NCBI GenBank assembly: GCA_965216325.1
Contig: OZ244160.1
Location: 1,728,001 to 1,792,000, forward strand
Origin: Coraliomargarita sp.
GTDB lineage: Bacteria; Verrucomicrobiota; Verrucomicrobiia; Opitutales; Coraliomargaritaceae
Length of the DNA stretch: 64,000 nt
Reading direction: 5' to 3'
In this document: positions 1-11,725 of the stretch, one piece after another
Layout: each line of letters starts with the position of its first letter
Position numbering within the stretch: the first letter of the stretch is position 1
Notes under the pieces: model-generated
Databases searched by the model: none
Seen by the model: only the letters and a program-made list of their open reading frames with translations
What the model was told of the DNA's origin: nothing
Position numbers and translations under genes: made by a program

Positions 1-2
1 CC

Positions 3-299
3 CGCACCCTGGATCCGATCTGGCTGGATGCTCGCTCCGCAGCAGACTACAGCGCTGGTCACATCCCCAACGCGCTCCTGTTCAATGAGGAAACATTTGA
101 CGATGCCCTCATGGAGGTCGTCGGCACATGGCTTGATGCGCCACGACCGATCATAGTCTATTGCTCGAGCGCCCAGTGCCAAACCAGTTCGCGCGTGGCT
201 GACCGTCTACGCACCACCCTGCTCGAATCCGAGATTGAAGCGGAAATCTACACCCTGAAAGGAGGCTGGGACGCATGGACTCAAGTGCTCGCAAAGTAA
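3..299 (+). CDS. Rhodanese-like domain protein (5' partial)
   Basis: Frame open from window start: WLDARSAADYSAGHIPNA, then IIVYCSSAQC and TLKGGWDAW, which are rhodanese motifs. Confidence 0.85.
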   Translation, partial: RTLDPIWLDARSAADYSAGHIPNALLFNEETFDDALMEVVGTWLDAPRPIIVYCSSAQCQTSSRVADRLRTTLLESEIEAEIYTLKGGWDAWTQVLAK

Positions 300-733
300 A
301 TTTCTCACACCTCTGGGCACTGATTGTTCGGCTGATCATCGTCTATGTCTTCTTGCGGGCGGCCCTGCCAAAGATCCAAGATCCTGTCAGTTTCGCGGTA
401 GCGGTAGGCGGGTTTCGAGTCACCGGACCTGAATTGTCGATGTGGGTCGCCATCTTACTTCCATGGCTGGAGTTAGTAGCCGGGCTCGGCCTGCTTATCC
501 CCAAACTTCGACGCACCAGCGGCATCCTACTCGCAATCTTACTGGTGCTGTTCATCGGCCTACACACCAGCGCCTGGCTACGCGGACTGGATATTAGCTG
601 TGGCTGCTTCGGCAAAGAACTCACCCCCGAATCCCCCAACTATCTCTGGCTGATCGTGCGCAACAGCCTACTGCTGCTCGGGCTGGAGTGGGTTACATGG
701 CGTGATTTTAGGAACAATTCCACGCTAGCCTGA
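275..733 (+). CDS. MauE/DoxX family membrane protein
   Basis: KIQDPVSFA, LPWLELVAG and GLDISCGCFG motifs; four hydrophobic segments. Confidence 0.85.
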   Translation: MDSSARKVNFSHLWALIVRLIIVYVFLRAALPKIQDPVSFAVAVGGFRVTGPELSMWVAILLPWLELVAGLGLLIPKLRRTSGILLAILLVLFIGLHTSAWLRGLDISCGCFGKELTPESPNYLWLIVRNSLLLLGLEWVTWRDFRNNSTLA

Positions 734-778
734 CTCTCATACTTGCCTGTCAGGATCTCTCCGATAACTCTAACAGCC

Positions 779-1459
779 ATGAATTTCTCCAGCATCGTAT
801 CTTGTGTCATCGCCATCGGCCTACTGCCACTCAGCGCATCCGCATCGGTCCTAGTCTGGGACCAAACAGAAGTGCGGGTCGACATGGATCCCAACCAAGT
901 CGAAGCCAAAGCAAGCTATACAGTGAGGAACAACAGCGATCAAACGCTACGCATCGCACGCGTCAAAACCAGCTGCGGTTGCACCGGCTCGGTGATCGAT
1001 CGCAAAATTCTAGAACCAGGTCAGGCAACAGAGATCCGCGCAACTTTCAACAAGGGCAAGCGTAAGGGCAAAAACCACAGCAAGCTCTACGTCTATCTCG
1101 ACAGCCAGCCCGACGCGGTCGCAACGCTGCATTTTATTGTCAATATACCCGAGCTGATCTCCGCTCAACCACGCGTTGTCTACTGGAACAGCCGGAATAC
1201 CCAAAGCCCCCGTACCATTCAAGTCGAGCTTGACTCAAACTACGTCAATGAGCTGAGCGCAATCAACTACGACAAAAGTCAACTATCAGTGACAAAGGAA
1301 CTCGTCGACGATCCGAGAGCCCAACATCAGTATACGCTGACCATCACGCCGAACTCCTACGAGACCGACATGCGAGCCACAATAGAGCTCGAAGCCAGTG
1401 GACCCAACAATACCAAAGGCAGCACGAAGATCCACGCCTTCGTTCAGGGCGCCAAGTAA
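779..1459 (+). CDS. DUF1573-domain secreted protein
   Basis: Signal peptide followed by VKTSCGCT...ILEPGQ motif; ATG at 779 chosen as start. Confidence 0.75.
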   Translation: MNFSSIVSCVIAIGLLPLSASASVLVWDQTEVRVDMDPNQVEAKASYTVRNNSDQTLRIARVKTSCGCTGSVIDRKILEPGQATEIRATFNKGKRKGKNHSKLYVYLDSQPDAVATLHFIVNIPELISAQPRVVYWNSRNTQSPRTIQVELDSNYVNELSAINYDKSQLSVTKELVDDPRAQHQYTLTITPNSYETDMRATIELEASGPNNTKGSTKIHAFVQGAK

Positions 1460-1531
1460 TCGGCCGAAAGCTCCTTCGACGGCTTGAATCTACGCGCTTG
1501 GCGGGCCTGAAGCCGCAACTCCAAGGCACAC

Positions 1532-3064
1532 TCAGCGCCGCAAGTCGTGCTGATCAATACGCTTGCGCAAAGTCGCACGCGTCATGCCCAAAATTTCAGC
1601 AGCTTTGACCTGCTTGCCATCCGATTCTGCGAGCGCACGCACGATTAACTCGCGCTCAGCATGCTCGAGAATATTGCGACTATGCTGGCCACGAAGCTCA
1701 CGGTAAACCGCATCGAAAGGATTCTCTGCAGGTGCCCCGAGCATTGCTTCCGCAGATGCAGCATCCTCAGCAGGCGCTGGCTCACCGGGTACAGCAGGAC
1801 TTGGTGCGGGGTCTTCCTTCTCGGTGGCGCTAACCTCGACCGCAGGGACTGCGGAGGCCTCCCCCACCGAAGAGACCACCTCCTGCGGCAAGTCTTTAAT
1901 CAAAATCGTGTCCCCCTGAGCCATCACCGCACTGCGATAAACTAAGTTCTCTAGCTCACGCACATTTCCCGGCCACTTATACTTCGCCAAGAGCGCCAAG
2001 GCTTCAGGCGAGATCGCCTTGGCGTCAGCCTTGCTGTCACGCGCCAGGCGCTTGAGCACAAAATTCACCAACTGAGGCACGTCCTCCATGCGCTCGCGCA
2101 AAGGCGGCAACTGAATGCGGACCACATTCAGACGATAGTAAAGGTCTTCACGGAAGGTCTTCTCTTTGACCATCTCTTCGAGGGGCTTGTTCGTCGCAGC
2201 AAGCATACGGACATTGACCTTGATCGTCTCACTACTACCGACTCGCTGGATCTCGCCTTCCTGTAGAGCACGCAGAATCTTGGTCTGGGTCGTCAGTGCC
2301 ATATCGCCAATCTCATCGAGGAAGATCGTGCCACCATCGCAGAGCTCAAACTTACCGATACGTTGACTAGTCGCACCGGTGAAAGAGCCCTTCTCGTGGC
2401 CAAACAACTCGCTTTCAATCAGATTCTCCGGAATCGCCGCACAGTTGACCGCAATGTAGGGCTTATTCGCCCGCAAACTGTTTTGAAAAATGGAGCGCGC
2501 AATCAGCTCCTTGCCCGTGCCGCTTTCCCCAGTCACCATGACGGTTACGTCGCTGGCAGCCACCTGACCGATCGTCTTGAACACCACCTGCATCGTCGGC
2601 GAACTGCCGATAATGCCGCCTTCGACATCCTCCTGACTCACACTAGGACCACTCGATTCACCCGCGTTGGCCTTGTCCAGGTCCTTAGAGGAGGCGAGCG
2701 CCGACTCAGCCAGCGAAATGATCTTCTTCAGATCAAAAGGCTTCATGATATAATCGAAGGCACCAAACTTCATCGCCTCGATTGTCGTCTGAGTCGTGCC
2801 ATAGGCCGTCATCAGGATAATCATCGCATTCGGATTGATTCCACGCAGATGTTGCAGCGCTTCAATACCGCTCATGCCCCCCATGCGATTATCGAGCAAA
2901 ATCACATCCGGATCATGCTGTTCAGCCATCTTCAGGCCCTCTTCGCCGCTGGCAGCCTCAATCACATTATAATTCCGGCCAGATAGCACCCGCTTGAGCG
3001 AGTAGCGCAAATCATCGTCATCATCGATGACGAGCACGGTCGGTAAGGTATCGGTTGTCTCCAT
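1532..3064 (-). CDS. Sigma-54-dependent NtrC-family response regulator
   Basis: Receiver domain (VIDDD, LLD), [28 protein letters not shown] and a C-terminal Fis HTH. Confidence 0.95.
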   Translation of the reverse strand: METTDTLPTVLVIDDDDDLRYSLKRVLSGRNYNVIEAASGEEGLKMAEQHDPDVILLDNRMGGMSGIEALQHLRGINPNAMIILMTAYGTTQTTIEAMKFGAFDYIMKPFDLKKIISLAESALASSKDLDKANAGESSGPSVSQEDVEGGIIGSSPTMQVVFKTIGQVAASDVTVMVTGESGTGKELIARSIFQNSLRANKPYIAVNCAAIPENLIESELFGHEKGSFTGATSQRIGKFELCDGGTIFLDEIGDMALTTQTKILRALQEGEIQRVGSSETIKVNVRMLAATNKPLEEMVKEKTFREDLYYRLNVVRIQLPPLRERMEDVPQLVNFVLKRLARDSKADAKAISPEALALLAKYKWPGNVRELENLVYRSAVMAQGDTILIKDLPQEVVSSVGEASAVPAVEVSATEKEDPAPSPAVPGEPAPAEDAASAEAMLGAPAENPFDAVYRELRGQHSRNILEHAERELIVRALAESDGKQVKAAEILGMTRATLRKRIDQHDLRR

Positions 3065-3234
3065 AACTGAAAATTCGGGTCATAAACTGCAAAGCAACTC
3101 TCTCAAAGCAAGAAGGATGCACATTTGGAAGAAATCTAACAGCAATGTGATTTCATTTGATCAGTTATCAAGTTTGACGGGACAACAGTGTTCACTTTGC
3201 TATAAATACTAAGCAATAAAGCGTAACTCATCTA

Positions 3235-6200
3235 ATGTTAAGCGGGATACCAGCAACCATCCAAATACGTCATCATGGACACCGCAACGGTTTTGCACTC
3301 GTGCTATCCCTCTCATTGATGTCATTTGTACTCCTACTACTTCTGGCAATTACAAGTCTGGTCCGCGTCGAAAGCGCAGCCAGCACGCAAAGCTTGGACC
3401 GATTCCTCGTTGAGCAAAACGCCCGCCTCGCATTGATGATCGCACTCGGCGAACTCCAAAGGCATGCTGGTCCGGATCAGCGCATTACAGCACGCGCCGA
3501 TATCCTCGGCCCCGATATTGCCAATCCGTTTTGGACCGGAGTCTGGAATACGGAAGAGCCCACCAGCCCTCCCCGCTGGCTGGTCTCCAGTAACAACAAT
3601 GGCCCAAGGTCAACGACGAGACAACAGGCAACAGACCAGATCCAACTCGTCGGCCCTCAAACAGCAGGCGCAAACACAGCGCACCACGTAAGTGCACCCG
3701 CGCTCTACCTCACTCAATCAAGTAACACACACACGCGTATTGGATGGTGGATTGCCGACCAAGGAGTCAAAGCCAGCGTCGGAGGCCTGCCACTCAACAA
3801 ACTAAGCACACCCAACTACCAAAGTGATCGCAGGATAAAGTCACTCGAACTCCTACTAGCCAGTAGCCATGGGCTCGAAGAACTGTTCACCAGTTATGAT
3901 CGTTTCGACTCCGCAAAAGGCTCGGCCTTAGACCAAATCCACTCGCTGAATGACCTAGTCAGCGCTCGCGTCTTTTCAGACAAGTCCTCCCATGCATTCT
4001 CGAATGAACCACTCTTTCACACACTGAGCATCGCAAACTACGGGGTGCTCGCCAGCGTATTGCCAAGCAGCGATGGCGGACTCATGCGCGATCTCTCTCT
4101 ATACCCGGACATCATCGGTAGTGGACTGAAGAACTATGTCGAATTGGCAGAGGCGAACAAACGAGCGCTGAACCAGAGTACATCGGCACTCGGTGAATAC
4201 CGACTCCTTTCACAGCTAAGGGGCCTTGACCAGCTAGGCCCACTCACAGACGGGATGATCGCCACCCCGATTACGCCCATCCTCAGCAACTTCTTAATGG
4301 CCTTCACCCTGCGCTCACACAGTCCGGTAAGCCAAAACCCAAACATGTACTTGCGCATGCGCTTCTTCTGCGAGCTCTGGAACCCATACACGAATGGGCT
4401 AGCAATGCATGACAAGACCGGAAATCCACTGGATCTGGAACTAGAAATAACCGGCCTACCTACGGTCCGAGCAATTAAGACCACCGGAAATCGGGCAAGC
4501 AGTGACCCAGTCGACTTACAAAGCGTGCTCGGAGCTCCCAATAGCCCCACAGGAGCAATGATCATCCGCTTACAATACGATCACTCTCGGCAATGGCTAT
4601 CCGGGCAAACCATGAACTGGACCGGCGTGAACGCGGACGAAACAGCAGGCCCGTCCCCCTATCACTCAACCACTACAACAAGCAAGCAATGGGATGCCCC
4701 CGAAAACACCCTTGGTGGGTCACGCGGCATTGATACGGGCATCGCTCGAGTATCTGGCAACTTTCGCCACACCAGCTCGGAAATAAACAACATACACATT
4801 AAACTCTACGCCGTAAACACAGTCCTCAATTCGCGCACACTGCTCTCAGAGTATGGGGATCTGTCTTACGAACCGATCTCTACACGACTCGACGGGTATT
4901 CAAATACACACAGCGGCTCAACCTTCGGATATCATTTCATCCTACGCGGCCCCCACCTAAGCACTCAGGACCGCCACTACTATCGCGGCCGCTGGCTTCA
5001 CGACCACGACCCACGCAACCCACAACCAATTTTCCACCCAGATTGGCATTTGGACAACGACCCAACCGTCCCCAGCGGCAGCCCCTACACCGCAGTGAGA
5101 GACGGGATCACACCCCTACCCGTGCCCGCACCTGAAGAAATTAACGAAACCAACAATACGCTAAACACAGAAATCTTCCGTCGTATCCTCGACCGCAGCT
5201 GGGGCAACTCACTCTCATTCAATAAGCTTTGGCAAGACACTCCCGTCTTTGAGCTCCCACGCCAACGCCCCCTAAGTCTGGCCTCCTTACAACACCTCTA
5301 TTTCCACAACGAACGCCCCTTCCAAGTCGGTAACAGCTGGGGTGCGAACGGTCGCGTGAATACATCCGATTGGTTCGATCGCTATTACTTTTCGGGATTC
5401 CATCGCGATGACGATCCCGCCGTCTTCAGCCCCGAAGCACCTCTACCAAATCCCGCACTAATCAGTTACCCCCAAACCGATGATATTGGGCTGGCAAGCT
5501 GGATAAGCGCGACTCCATCCAGCTCGGTAGAGGCTCGAAATCCTGCATCCCGGTTAATGGTTAAGAATCGCTTCAATGTAAACTCCACTTCCACAGCGGC
5601 ATGGAAAGCGGTGCTAGGCTCACTTCGAATCAACGGATGGAGTTACCTCGACTACCCGGATGACACCGCTGACCTCAGTAGCCTAAGTCTAAAACAAGAC
5701 GGACGCGGCGGGATGTTCTCACGCTATTCGCACACGCTGTGCGAAACTTACGATAGCATCGCGTCACCCAAATTTGAAGGGTCCGAGCCTGTCGCGCCAT
5801 CCGCCTATTATCGGCGCGGTGCTCGTCATCTCCACAGCAGCGAACTCGAACGCCTCGCCACAGAGATCGTTCGCCTCCTCCAAGACAGAGCGGAGCCCTT
5901 TTTCTCCATGTCGGATTTTCTATCCGCTCAAGAAGGCAGCGAGCTCAGCCTCTTAGAACAAGCCATCGCAAATACACTAAGCAAAGAGGGCCGCCAGCAA
6001 TGGGACCACGAGTGGGAAACGAACGGCCGTTGGCCCAAAGTTGCAGCAGAGCAAGTCGATATCGATCACTTCTCACCAGGCTACCTGACACAAGCAGACA
6101 TCATGAGCGCAATCGGACCGATGTTGGCACCCAGATCGGACACGTTCAAAATCCGCGCACGCGCTGAAACCCGAACCCCAGATCAGCGCACTTACTCAGC

Positions 6201-6324
6201 TACGATTGAAGCGATCGCGCAACGCTTGCCTACCGCACTCGAGCCCGGCAACGCAGACCACGGGCCACTAAATCGCCGACTTAAACTGATTAGCCTACGC
6301 TGGCTAGCGGATGATGAATTATGA
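3235..6324 (+). CDS. Large PilX-N-like / Verru_Chthon cassette A-like protein
   Basis: GFALVLSLSLMSF prepilin-like N-terminus, ALGELQRHAGPDQRITA, FNVNSTS..AWKA, PGYLTQAD, RSDTFKIRA. Confidence 0.6.
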   Translation: MLSGIPATIQIRHHGHRNGFALVLSLSLMSFVLLLLLAITSLVRVESAASTQSLDRFLVEQNARLALMIALGELQRHAGPDQRITARADILGPDIANPFWTGVWNTEEPTSPPRWLVSSNNNGPRSTTRQQATDQIQLVGPQTAGANTAHHVSAPALYLTQSSNTHTRIGWWIADQGVKASVGGLPLNKLSTPNYQSDRRIKSLELLLASSHGLEELFTSYDRFDSAKGSALDQIHSLNDLVSARVFSDKSSHAFSNEPLFHTLSIANYGVLASVLPSSDGGLMRDLSLYPDIIGSGLKNYVELAEANKRALNQSTSALGEYRLLSQLRGLDQLGPLTDGMIATPITPILSNFLMAFTLRSHSPVSQNPNMYLRMRFFCELWNPYTNGLAMHDKTGNPLDLELEITGLPTVRAIKTTGNRASSDPVDLQSVLGAPNSPTGAMIIRLQYDHSRQWLSGQTMNWTGVNADETAGPSPYHSTTTTSKQWDAPENTLGGSRGIDTGIARVSGNFRHTSSEINNIHIKLYAVNTVLNSRTLLSEYGDLSYEPISTRLDGYSNTHSGSTFGYHFILRGPHLSTQDRHYYRGRWLHDHDPRNPQPIFHPDWHLDNDPTVPSGSPYTAVRDGITPLPVPAPEEINETNNTLNTEIFRRILDRSWGNSLSFNKLWQDTPVFELPRQRPLSLASLQHLYFHNERPFQVGNSWGANGRVNTSDWFDRYYFSGFHRDDDPAVFSPEAPLPNPALISYPQTDDIGLASWISATPSSSVEARNPASRLMVKNRFNVNSTSTAAWKAVLGSLRINGWSYLDYPDDTADLSSLSLKQDGRGGMFSRYSHTLCETYDSIASPKFEGSEPVAPSAYYRRGARHLHSSELERLATEIVRLLQDRAEPFFSMSDFLSAQEGSELSLLEQAIANTLSKEGRQQWDHEWETNGRWPKVAAEQVDIDHFSPGYLTQADIMSAIGPMLAPRSDTFKIRARAETRTPDQRTYSATIEAIAQRLPTALEPGNADHGPLNRRLKLISLRWLADDEL

Positions 6325-7019
6325 AATACCTGTTGCTCGCTCTACTACTCTGCCCAACACAACTCCTCATCAGCACTGAGCCGAGAGTTGCGCAATTCAG
6401 CACCTATGCCCAATCCCCAATGCGCAATACCATTTACCGACCAGTATCGCTTGCTTGCATCGCTGCAGGTGCGACAGCAGAACCCGCAGTTCAACTAAAC
6501 TCCCACACCTTATCCAGAACGGGCCCCTATCTCTACACAGGAGATGAGCCCATCCAATTTTTCGACTCCATCCGCAACGAATTGATTGCACAAGTTCGAC
6601 TGCCCAAAGACTCTAACCAATGGCTTCTGGTCTTTGTTCGAAATCCCAATTATCGCAAAGGGGCAGAGGATCAGTTAAAATTCTTAATCTATCCCTTCGA
6701 TGATTCACCGAGCCATTTGCCAAACAACTCCCTGATCTTTCTCAATCTCTCCGGTCGTGAGCTCGCAGGCCTAGTAGAAGGCAAGCGCATCAAACTCGAC
6801 GCAGGCGAAAGCGAACTACACCACGCCCAGGAAAGCATGCCGATCAACCTCTGGAGCCAAGGCTTCAACAGCGAAGAACTACTGCCAGCCCTAATAAAAA
6901 CCTATCAGTTCGACAAAAATCATCGCTACCTGATGATCTTTTTTCCTCCAGTATTGAAAGGCTCTGCAGATTTAGACGTCCGAGTCCTCGCCGAGAAAAC
7001 AACACCAGACGGCGGATAA
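6321..7019 (+). CDS. Hypothetical exported protein, coupled to the upstream gene
   Basis: ATGA overlap with upstream stop; N-terminal hydrophobic signal. Confidence 0.6.
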   Translation: MKYLLLALLLCPTQLLISTEPRVAQFSTYAQSPMRNTIYRPVSLACIAAGATAEPAVQLNSHTLSRTGPYLYTGDEPIQFFDSIRNELIAQVRLPKDSNQWLLVFVRNPNYRKGAEDQLKFLIYPFDDSPSHLPNNSLIFLNLSGRELAGLVEGKRIKLDAGESELHHAQESMPINLWSQGFNSEELLPALIKTYQFDKNHRYLMIFFPPVLKGSADLDVRVLAEKTTPDGG

Positions 7020-7028
7020 AAATTTCCG

Positions 7029-7595
7029 CTACAGTTTCTGATAAAGCGCCCAAAGGTGCACAAAGGACCAAGAGAAATCACGCGGAGCCTTCTCGATCCA
7101 GGCATTGAGCGCATCGATATCTATCCACTGCCCCTCGCTAACTTCCTCCGGGTCCAGCGAAAACGGGCCTTCAGACGTGCAGCGATAAAGCCAAACAAAC
7201 TCCTGACCTGTTTGCGGGCATGGCGCTTCTTTCAGAACACGCTCGAGACCCACTGGATCATAGAGGCCAATCTCCTCACCAAGCTCACGCGGCGCTGCAG
7301 TGTCGTAATCTTCGCCGGCATCGACATGACCGGAACAAGAGCTCACCCATTTCCCGGGAGCGGAGTCCTTTGTCATCGAGCGACGCTGGAGGTAGATTTG
7401 TCCAGCAGCATTAAACACAAAGACGTGAATCGCACGGTGCATCAAACGTTCTTTGTGCACGACCGAGCGTCGTTCCTGACGTATTACATTATCGTCAGAA
7501 TCGACGACATCAAAAATATCTTCTGAGCGAGAAGCAGGCATTTCTAGGGAGGGGCTAACTGTATTTTGTAGGGACGTAGGGTGCTGTTGTTTCAT
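7029..7595 (-). CDS. NUDIX hydrolase (IPP isomerase/YfcD-like)
   Basis: [15 protein letters not shown], Nudix box [22 protein letters not shown]; true start may be ATG at 7541. Confidence 0.85.
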   Translation of the reverse strand: MKQQHPTSLQNTVSPSLEMPASRSEDIFDVVDSDDNVIRQERRSVVHKERLMHRAIHVFVFNAAGQIYLQRRSMTKDSAPGKWVSSCSGHVDAGEDYDTAAPRELGEEIGLYDPVGLERVLKEAPCPQTGQEFVWLYRCTSEGPFSLDPEEVSEGQWIDIDALNAWIEKAPRDFSWSFVHLWALYQKL

Positions 7596-7709
7596 ATAGG
7601 AGGACTACAAGTCAGCAGAAAGCTAACTGTGTTCCAAATGAAAAGCAATTTCTGTGCCCTCGGGATATTGGGGTGGGAGTGACTGCGCTGATTTAACACA
7701 GCCGTAAAG

Positions 7710-8690
7710 TTATCGGATCAAGCCCTTGTAGTCTTCGAAGTGGCCGGTGAAGCCGCCCGGCACACCCTTATTAATGACCGCAACCGCATCGTGCGAGTGT
7801 AGCGACTCAAGATGCGCACAGGCCACTTGGAAGTCTGCAATACGCGGCTCTGCATCGAGTTGTTCGTACAGCAAGCGCGCCGCATCTTCGACAAACTTGG
7901 TAAAGGCGCCATTGAGCTCGGCAAAGGCTTGCTCATCTTCACGCTTCACCATCACCTGCGTTTCAGTCTTCAGACCAGCCAAGCAAAGCTGCTGGATCTC
8001 TTCTATGCTCAGGTGCTGACCTTCGACAACTTCGACACTTACGCGAGCGGTGCTGCGTTGTGAGTGAGGGATGCCATAGATGTTGCGCGCCTCACGAGCA
8101 TGCTCCGATAGCTCCGAAGAGCATGGGCACGCAGAAGAGTAAATAAAATCAAAATGGATGTATTTGCGGAAGCGATCGAGATCGTCGATCTTACCTTCAA
8201 AGGCACAGCGGTAGTATTGCCAGCCTTCCAAGCCACTGCGGAGACTTGGCTTGAGAATCGGGTATTCAAATTCCAACTTCAACTGCGCACGGTGCGCGAG
8301 CACCTCCTTCTTATAAGCGGTCAGGATCTCTTCGAGAAGATCCGGTGTGAAGATTCGATCCTGATATTCGTAAAAGACGCGCATGATACGCGACATGTTG
8401 ATGCCCTTCTGGTTCGCTTCTAATGAAACTGTTCCGGTCACGGAAGTTTCCAGCGAGTGCGTATCCGAAGTCGGTGTAATATAGCGCAAGGGCAGACGGA
8501 AATTAGAGATACCCACCTTCAAGATCGGCACGTTGGCACCATAAATCTGCTGCGCATCCGCATTCTGCATATCCGGCAGGCTGGCGCGGTATTCGTCGGT
8601 GAGAACGAATTCCTCGTCGTAGATTTTGCTGGGCTTCTCGGATACGGAAGCCAGCACATCTGGCGATGGGCTGCTGGATTTGTTTTTCAT
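7710..8690 (-). CDS. folE2: GTP cyclohydrolase I type 2 (FolE2)
   Basis: [45 protein letters not shown]. Confidence 0.95.
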   Translation of the reverse strand: MKNKSSSPSPDVLASVSEKPSKIYDEEFVLTDEYRASLPDMQNADAQQIYGANVPILKVGISNFRLPLRYITPTSDTHSLETSVTGTVSLEANQKGINMSRIMRVFYEYQDRIFTPDLLEEILTAYKKEVLAHRAQLKLEFEYPILKPSLRSGLEGWQYYRCAFEGKIDDLDRFRKYIHFDFIYSSACPCSSELSEHAREARNIYGIPHSQRSTARVSVEVVEGQHLSIEEIQQLCLAGLKTETQVMVKREDEQAFAELNGAFTKFVEDAARLLYEQLDAEPRIADFQVACAHLESLHSHDAVAVINKGVPGGFTGHFEDYKGLIR

Positions 8691-8874
8691 GTCTAATACT
8701 TTATCTGGAGCGGGCCTTGAACCTTACAGCTGTAACAAGTTGTGCACTAAGAACTAAGGAGCAAACCACCCGCTGTCTTTATCGAAGCGCGCCAACTAAA
8801 GGGATGATTTTCAATCTGGCAAGCGCGGAAAAAGCTTTGCCGATCGAGAAGGTGCAGACTATCCCAGCAGCAAA

Positions 8875-9657
8875 ATGTTCGCCGATTTTCAAATTTTAGG
8901 TTCCAGCAGCAGCGGAAACTGTGCCCTTTTACGCACCGGGCACAGTAAAGTGCTGATCGACGCCGGATTTTCCGGAAAACGTATTTGCGGCATGCTAGCC
9001 GAAGTTGGCGAAAGCCTCGATACACTGGACGCAGTCTTTCTCACACACGAGCACACCGACCACGCACAGGGCATTCGCGGCCTCTCAAAACGCGCCGATT
9101 TACCCGTATTCGCCAATCGTGACACCGCGGAGGCCGTGCAGGCCAAACTAACGAAGCGCCCCAGCTGGCATCTCTTCGAAACCGGCACCACCTTCAAATT
9201 TCGCGATCTGGAGATTCATGCATTCTCTATCCCACACGACGCATATGACCCGGTAGGCTACACCTTCCACTGGGGCGAAGAAGGCGACCTGTTCAGCCCA
9301 CCCAAAAGTCTCGCATGGGTGACAGACCTCGGATATGTCCCTCCGCATGTCCACGAACACATCCGCAGCGTCCAAACACTCGTGCTCGAAGCGAATTACG
9401 ACGAATCCCTATTGGATCAGGACACAAAGCGTCCTTGGTCGACTAAACAGCGCATCCGCGGACGCCACGGCCACCTCTCCAATGAGCACGCCCTGGAAGT
9501 ATTACGAAACTTAAACGGGAGCTCGAAGGTCGAAAAAGTGTACCTCGCCCACCTTAGCAAAGATTGTAATACGCTGGACAAAGTCGAAAATATGCTTTCT
9601 CAGCTTATCGGAGAGCAGTTCAGCATCAGTGTAGTCGATCCGACTCGCACCTGCTAA
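8875..9657 (+). CDS. MBL-fold metallo-hydrolase (YycJ/WalJ-like)
   Basis: [35 protein letters not shown]. Confidence 0.9.
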   Translation: MFADFQILGSSSSGNCALLRTGHSKVLIDAGFSGKRICGMLAEVGESLDTLDAVFLTHEHTDHAQGIRGLSKRADLPVFANRDTAEAVQAKLTKRPSWHLFETGTTFKFRDLEIHAFSIPHDAYDPVGYTFHWGEEGDLFSPPKSLAWVTDLGYVPPHVHEHIRSVQTLVLEANYDESLLDQDTKRPWSTKQRIRGRHGHLSNEHALEVLRNLNGSSKVEKVYLAHLSKDCNTLDKVENMLSQLIGEQFSISVVDPTRTC

Positions 9658-9763
9658 ACAGCACATCCCCCTATACATAAACATACAAGATTCGGCGGTA
9701 ACTCCTCGTAGCCCCAGATGATGATAATCTGGCCGATGATAAATCGAACACACCTATATTGAT

Positions 9764-11203
9764 ATGAGCCCAAAAGGCACCGAATACCGCAAAACAAAAA
9801 TCATCTTCACAATTGGCCCAGCCACTTCCGATGAAGAAACACTCGAAAGTTTGATCGCCGCAGGCGTCGACATCTGCCGTATCAACATGGCACACGCGGA
9901 CCATGCATGGACACGCGACATCGTCACCAAGGTGCGCTCCGTCTGCGATCGTGTCGACCGTCAAATCGCCTTCATGATGGACGTCAAAGGTCCGGAAATC
10001 CGCACTGGCGATGTACCCGAGACTTTCGAACTGCAAAAGGGCGAAACCTTCGACTTCACTTTCGGCGAAGGCATTGGCAGCACCGGTCCCGATGGCATCC
10101 GCCGTGTGGATGTAAACTATCCAGGCTTTGCGAATGACATCAATGTGGGCGACACCGTGCTGGTCGACAGTGGCCTAATCCGCCTCAAAGTACTGGAGAT
10201 CAATGGCCAACACGTGCGTTGCGAAGTCTTAATTCCCGGCCCGATGGGCAATCGCCGCCACATCAACCTCCCTGGCGTTCGCGTGAAACTTCCTGCCCTC
10301 ACGAAGAAGGACCAAGCCGACGTCGACGTGGGCATCAAGCTTGGCATCGACTTCTTTGCACTCTCCTTTGTGCGCGAAGCCGAAGATCTCGACATCTTCC
10401 ACGACTACCTCAAGCAACGCGGCTCCGAAGCCCACGTGATCGCGAAAATCGAAGACCAGCAAGCGATCTCGAATCTCGAAGGTATCATCAAAGCATCCGA
10501 CGGCCTGATGGTCGCCCGCGGTGACCTCGGAATCGAGTGCCCCTTCGAAGACCTGCCACTGATTCAATCTGTCGCGGTCAACACCTGTATTCAGAATTCC
10601 AAACCAGTGATTGTCGCAACCCACATGCTGGAGTCGATGATCGATTCGCCGATCCCAACACGCGCGGAAGTTACCGACATCTCCAACGCAATCCGTGAGC
10701 AAGCCGACTGCGTGATGCTCTCCGGCGAAACCACCGTAGGTAAATACCCAGTCGAGTGCGTTGAAACCATCAATCGCATCGCGAATCGCATGGAGGCTCA
10801 GGAAGCGCTCGATTGCGAACCAGTCCGTGAAGACCTTGAGCTCTTCCTGCCAAAGTCGAAGATGCTTCGCTCCGCAGCTTACCTCGCGAGCGAGATGGAA
10901 GCGGCCATCGTGGTCTTCACCCGTCGTGGTTTCTTCGCACAGAAGCTCTCGTCTCTGCGCGCACAAGTGCCAGTTTACGCATTCACCGACAATCCGGTAC
11001 TCTTTAAGCAGCTACTGATTATGCGAGGCATTGAGCCTTTCTTCATGGACTTCGATCACGACCACGAAACCACCATTCAGAATGCGTTTACGAAGCTGAA
11101 GGAGGGCAACTGGGCAGTCGCCGGCGATCCAATCGTCACCATCACCAAAATGTATGCGGGTGAAAAGTTGATCGACAGCACCCAAATCAGAGAACTAGAG
11201 TAG
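9764..11203 (+). CDS. pyk: Pyruvate kinase
   Basis: [43 protein letters not shown]. Confidence 0.97.
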   Translation: MSPKGTEYRKTKIIFTIGPATSDEETLESLIAAGVDICRINMAHADHAWTRDIVTKVRSVCDRVDRQIAFMMDVKGPEIRTGDVPETFELQKGETFDFTFGEGIGSTGPDGIRRVDVNYPGFANDINVGDTVLVDSGLIRLKVLEINGQHVRCEVLIPGPMGNRRHINLPGVRVKLPALTKKDQADVDVGIKLGIDFFALSFVREAEDLDIFHDYLKQRGSEAHVIAKIEDQQAISNLEGIIKASDGLMVARGDLGIECPFEDLPLIQSVAVNTCIQNSKPVIVATHMLESMIDSPIPTRAEVTDISNAIREQADCVMLSGETTVGKYPVECVETINRIANRMEAQEALDCEPVREDLELFLPKSKMLRSAAYLASEMEAAIVVFTRRGFFAQKLSSLRAQVPVYAFTDNPVLFKQLLIMRGIEPFFMDFDHDHETTIQNAFTKLKEGNWAVAGDPIVTITKMYAGEKLIDSTQIRELE

Positions 11204-11250
11204 GGAAAGATTGGGGTAATCACCCCACCCCACCCGACTTCCTGATTACA

Positions 11251-11724
11251 ATGGACAAGCTTAAAGGTCTCCTACTTCCGCTGGCACTCGTCTTCGGAGC
11301 AATTGCCGTCTTTGAAACGGGAGCGCGTTACGGTGCCGATAACTTCAGGGCACAAGCGATTGCGATTGAGATGCGCAACCCGCTCAACGTTTACGTCGCT
11401 TCTCAATCCAAGATGGACCCCACCTTCAAGGCTCAATTGGAGATGTCTATTGACCGCCAGATTGCTTCCGGTGCAGTGCACCGGAAGGTCTGGTATCTGT
11501 CCAAGGAATCGAAGGAAATCCTAAACAAGACCCTTGCCTACGCACTTTCCGTCCGTGGTGATGCCACACTCGCTCGCTTCGAAGCAACCACTTCACAAGA
11601 AAGCAAAATTCCGCAGGCAGATTTGAATCGCATTATAGCAGCACTCAAAGAGGCTCAGATCGACCTCATCGACAACGCTCCCAGCGTAGCCCAAAAAGAA
11701 GCCGCTGCGGAAGCAAACAAGTAA
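11251..11724 (+). CDS. Hypothetical protein with N-terminal membrane anchor
   Basis: 157-aa ORF filling the gap; hydrophobic N-terminus. Confidence 0.65.
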   Translation: MDKLKGLLLPLALVFGAIAVFETGARYGADNFRAQAIAIEMRNPLNVYVASQSKMDPTFKAQLEMSIDRQIASGAVHRKVWYLSKESKEILNKTLAYALSVRGDATLARFEATTSQESKIPQADLNRIIAALKEAQIDLIDNAPSVAQKEAAAEANK

Positions 11725-11725
11725 G

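Noticed and set aside
1460..1531. Possible GGAG-type REP between convergent genes
   Set aside because: Weak hairpin (GGAGTTGCGGCTTCAGGCCCGC on the minus strand) with no second copy in the window
3157..3171. FNR-like site TTGAT-N5-ATCAA
   Set aside because: Spacer is 5 rather than 4 nt and the region is AT-rich, so it may be chance
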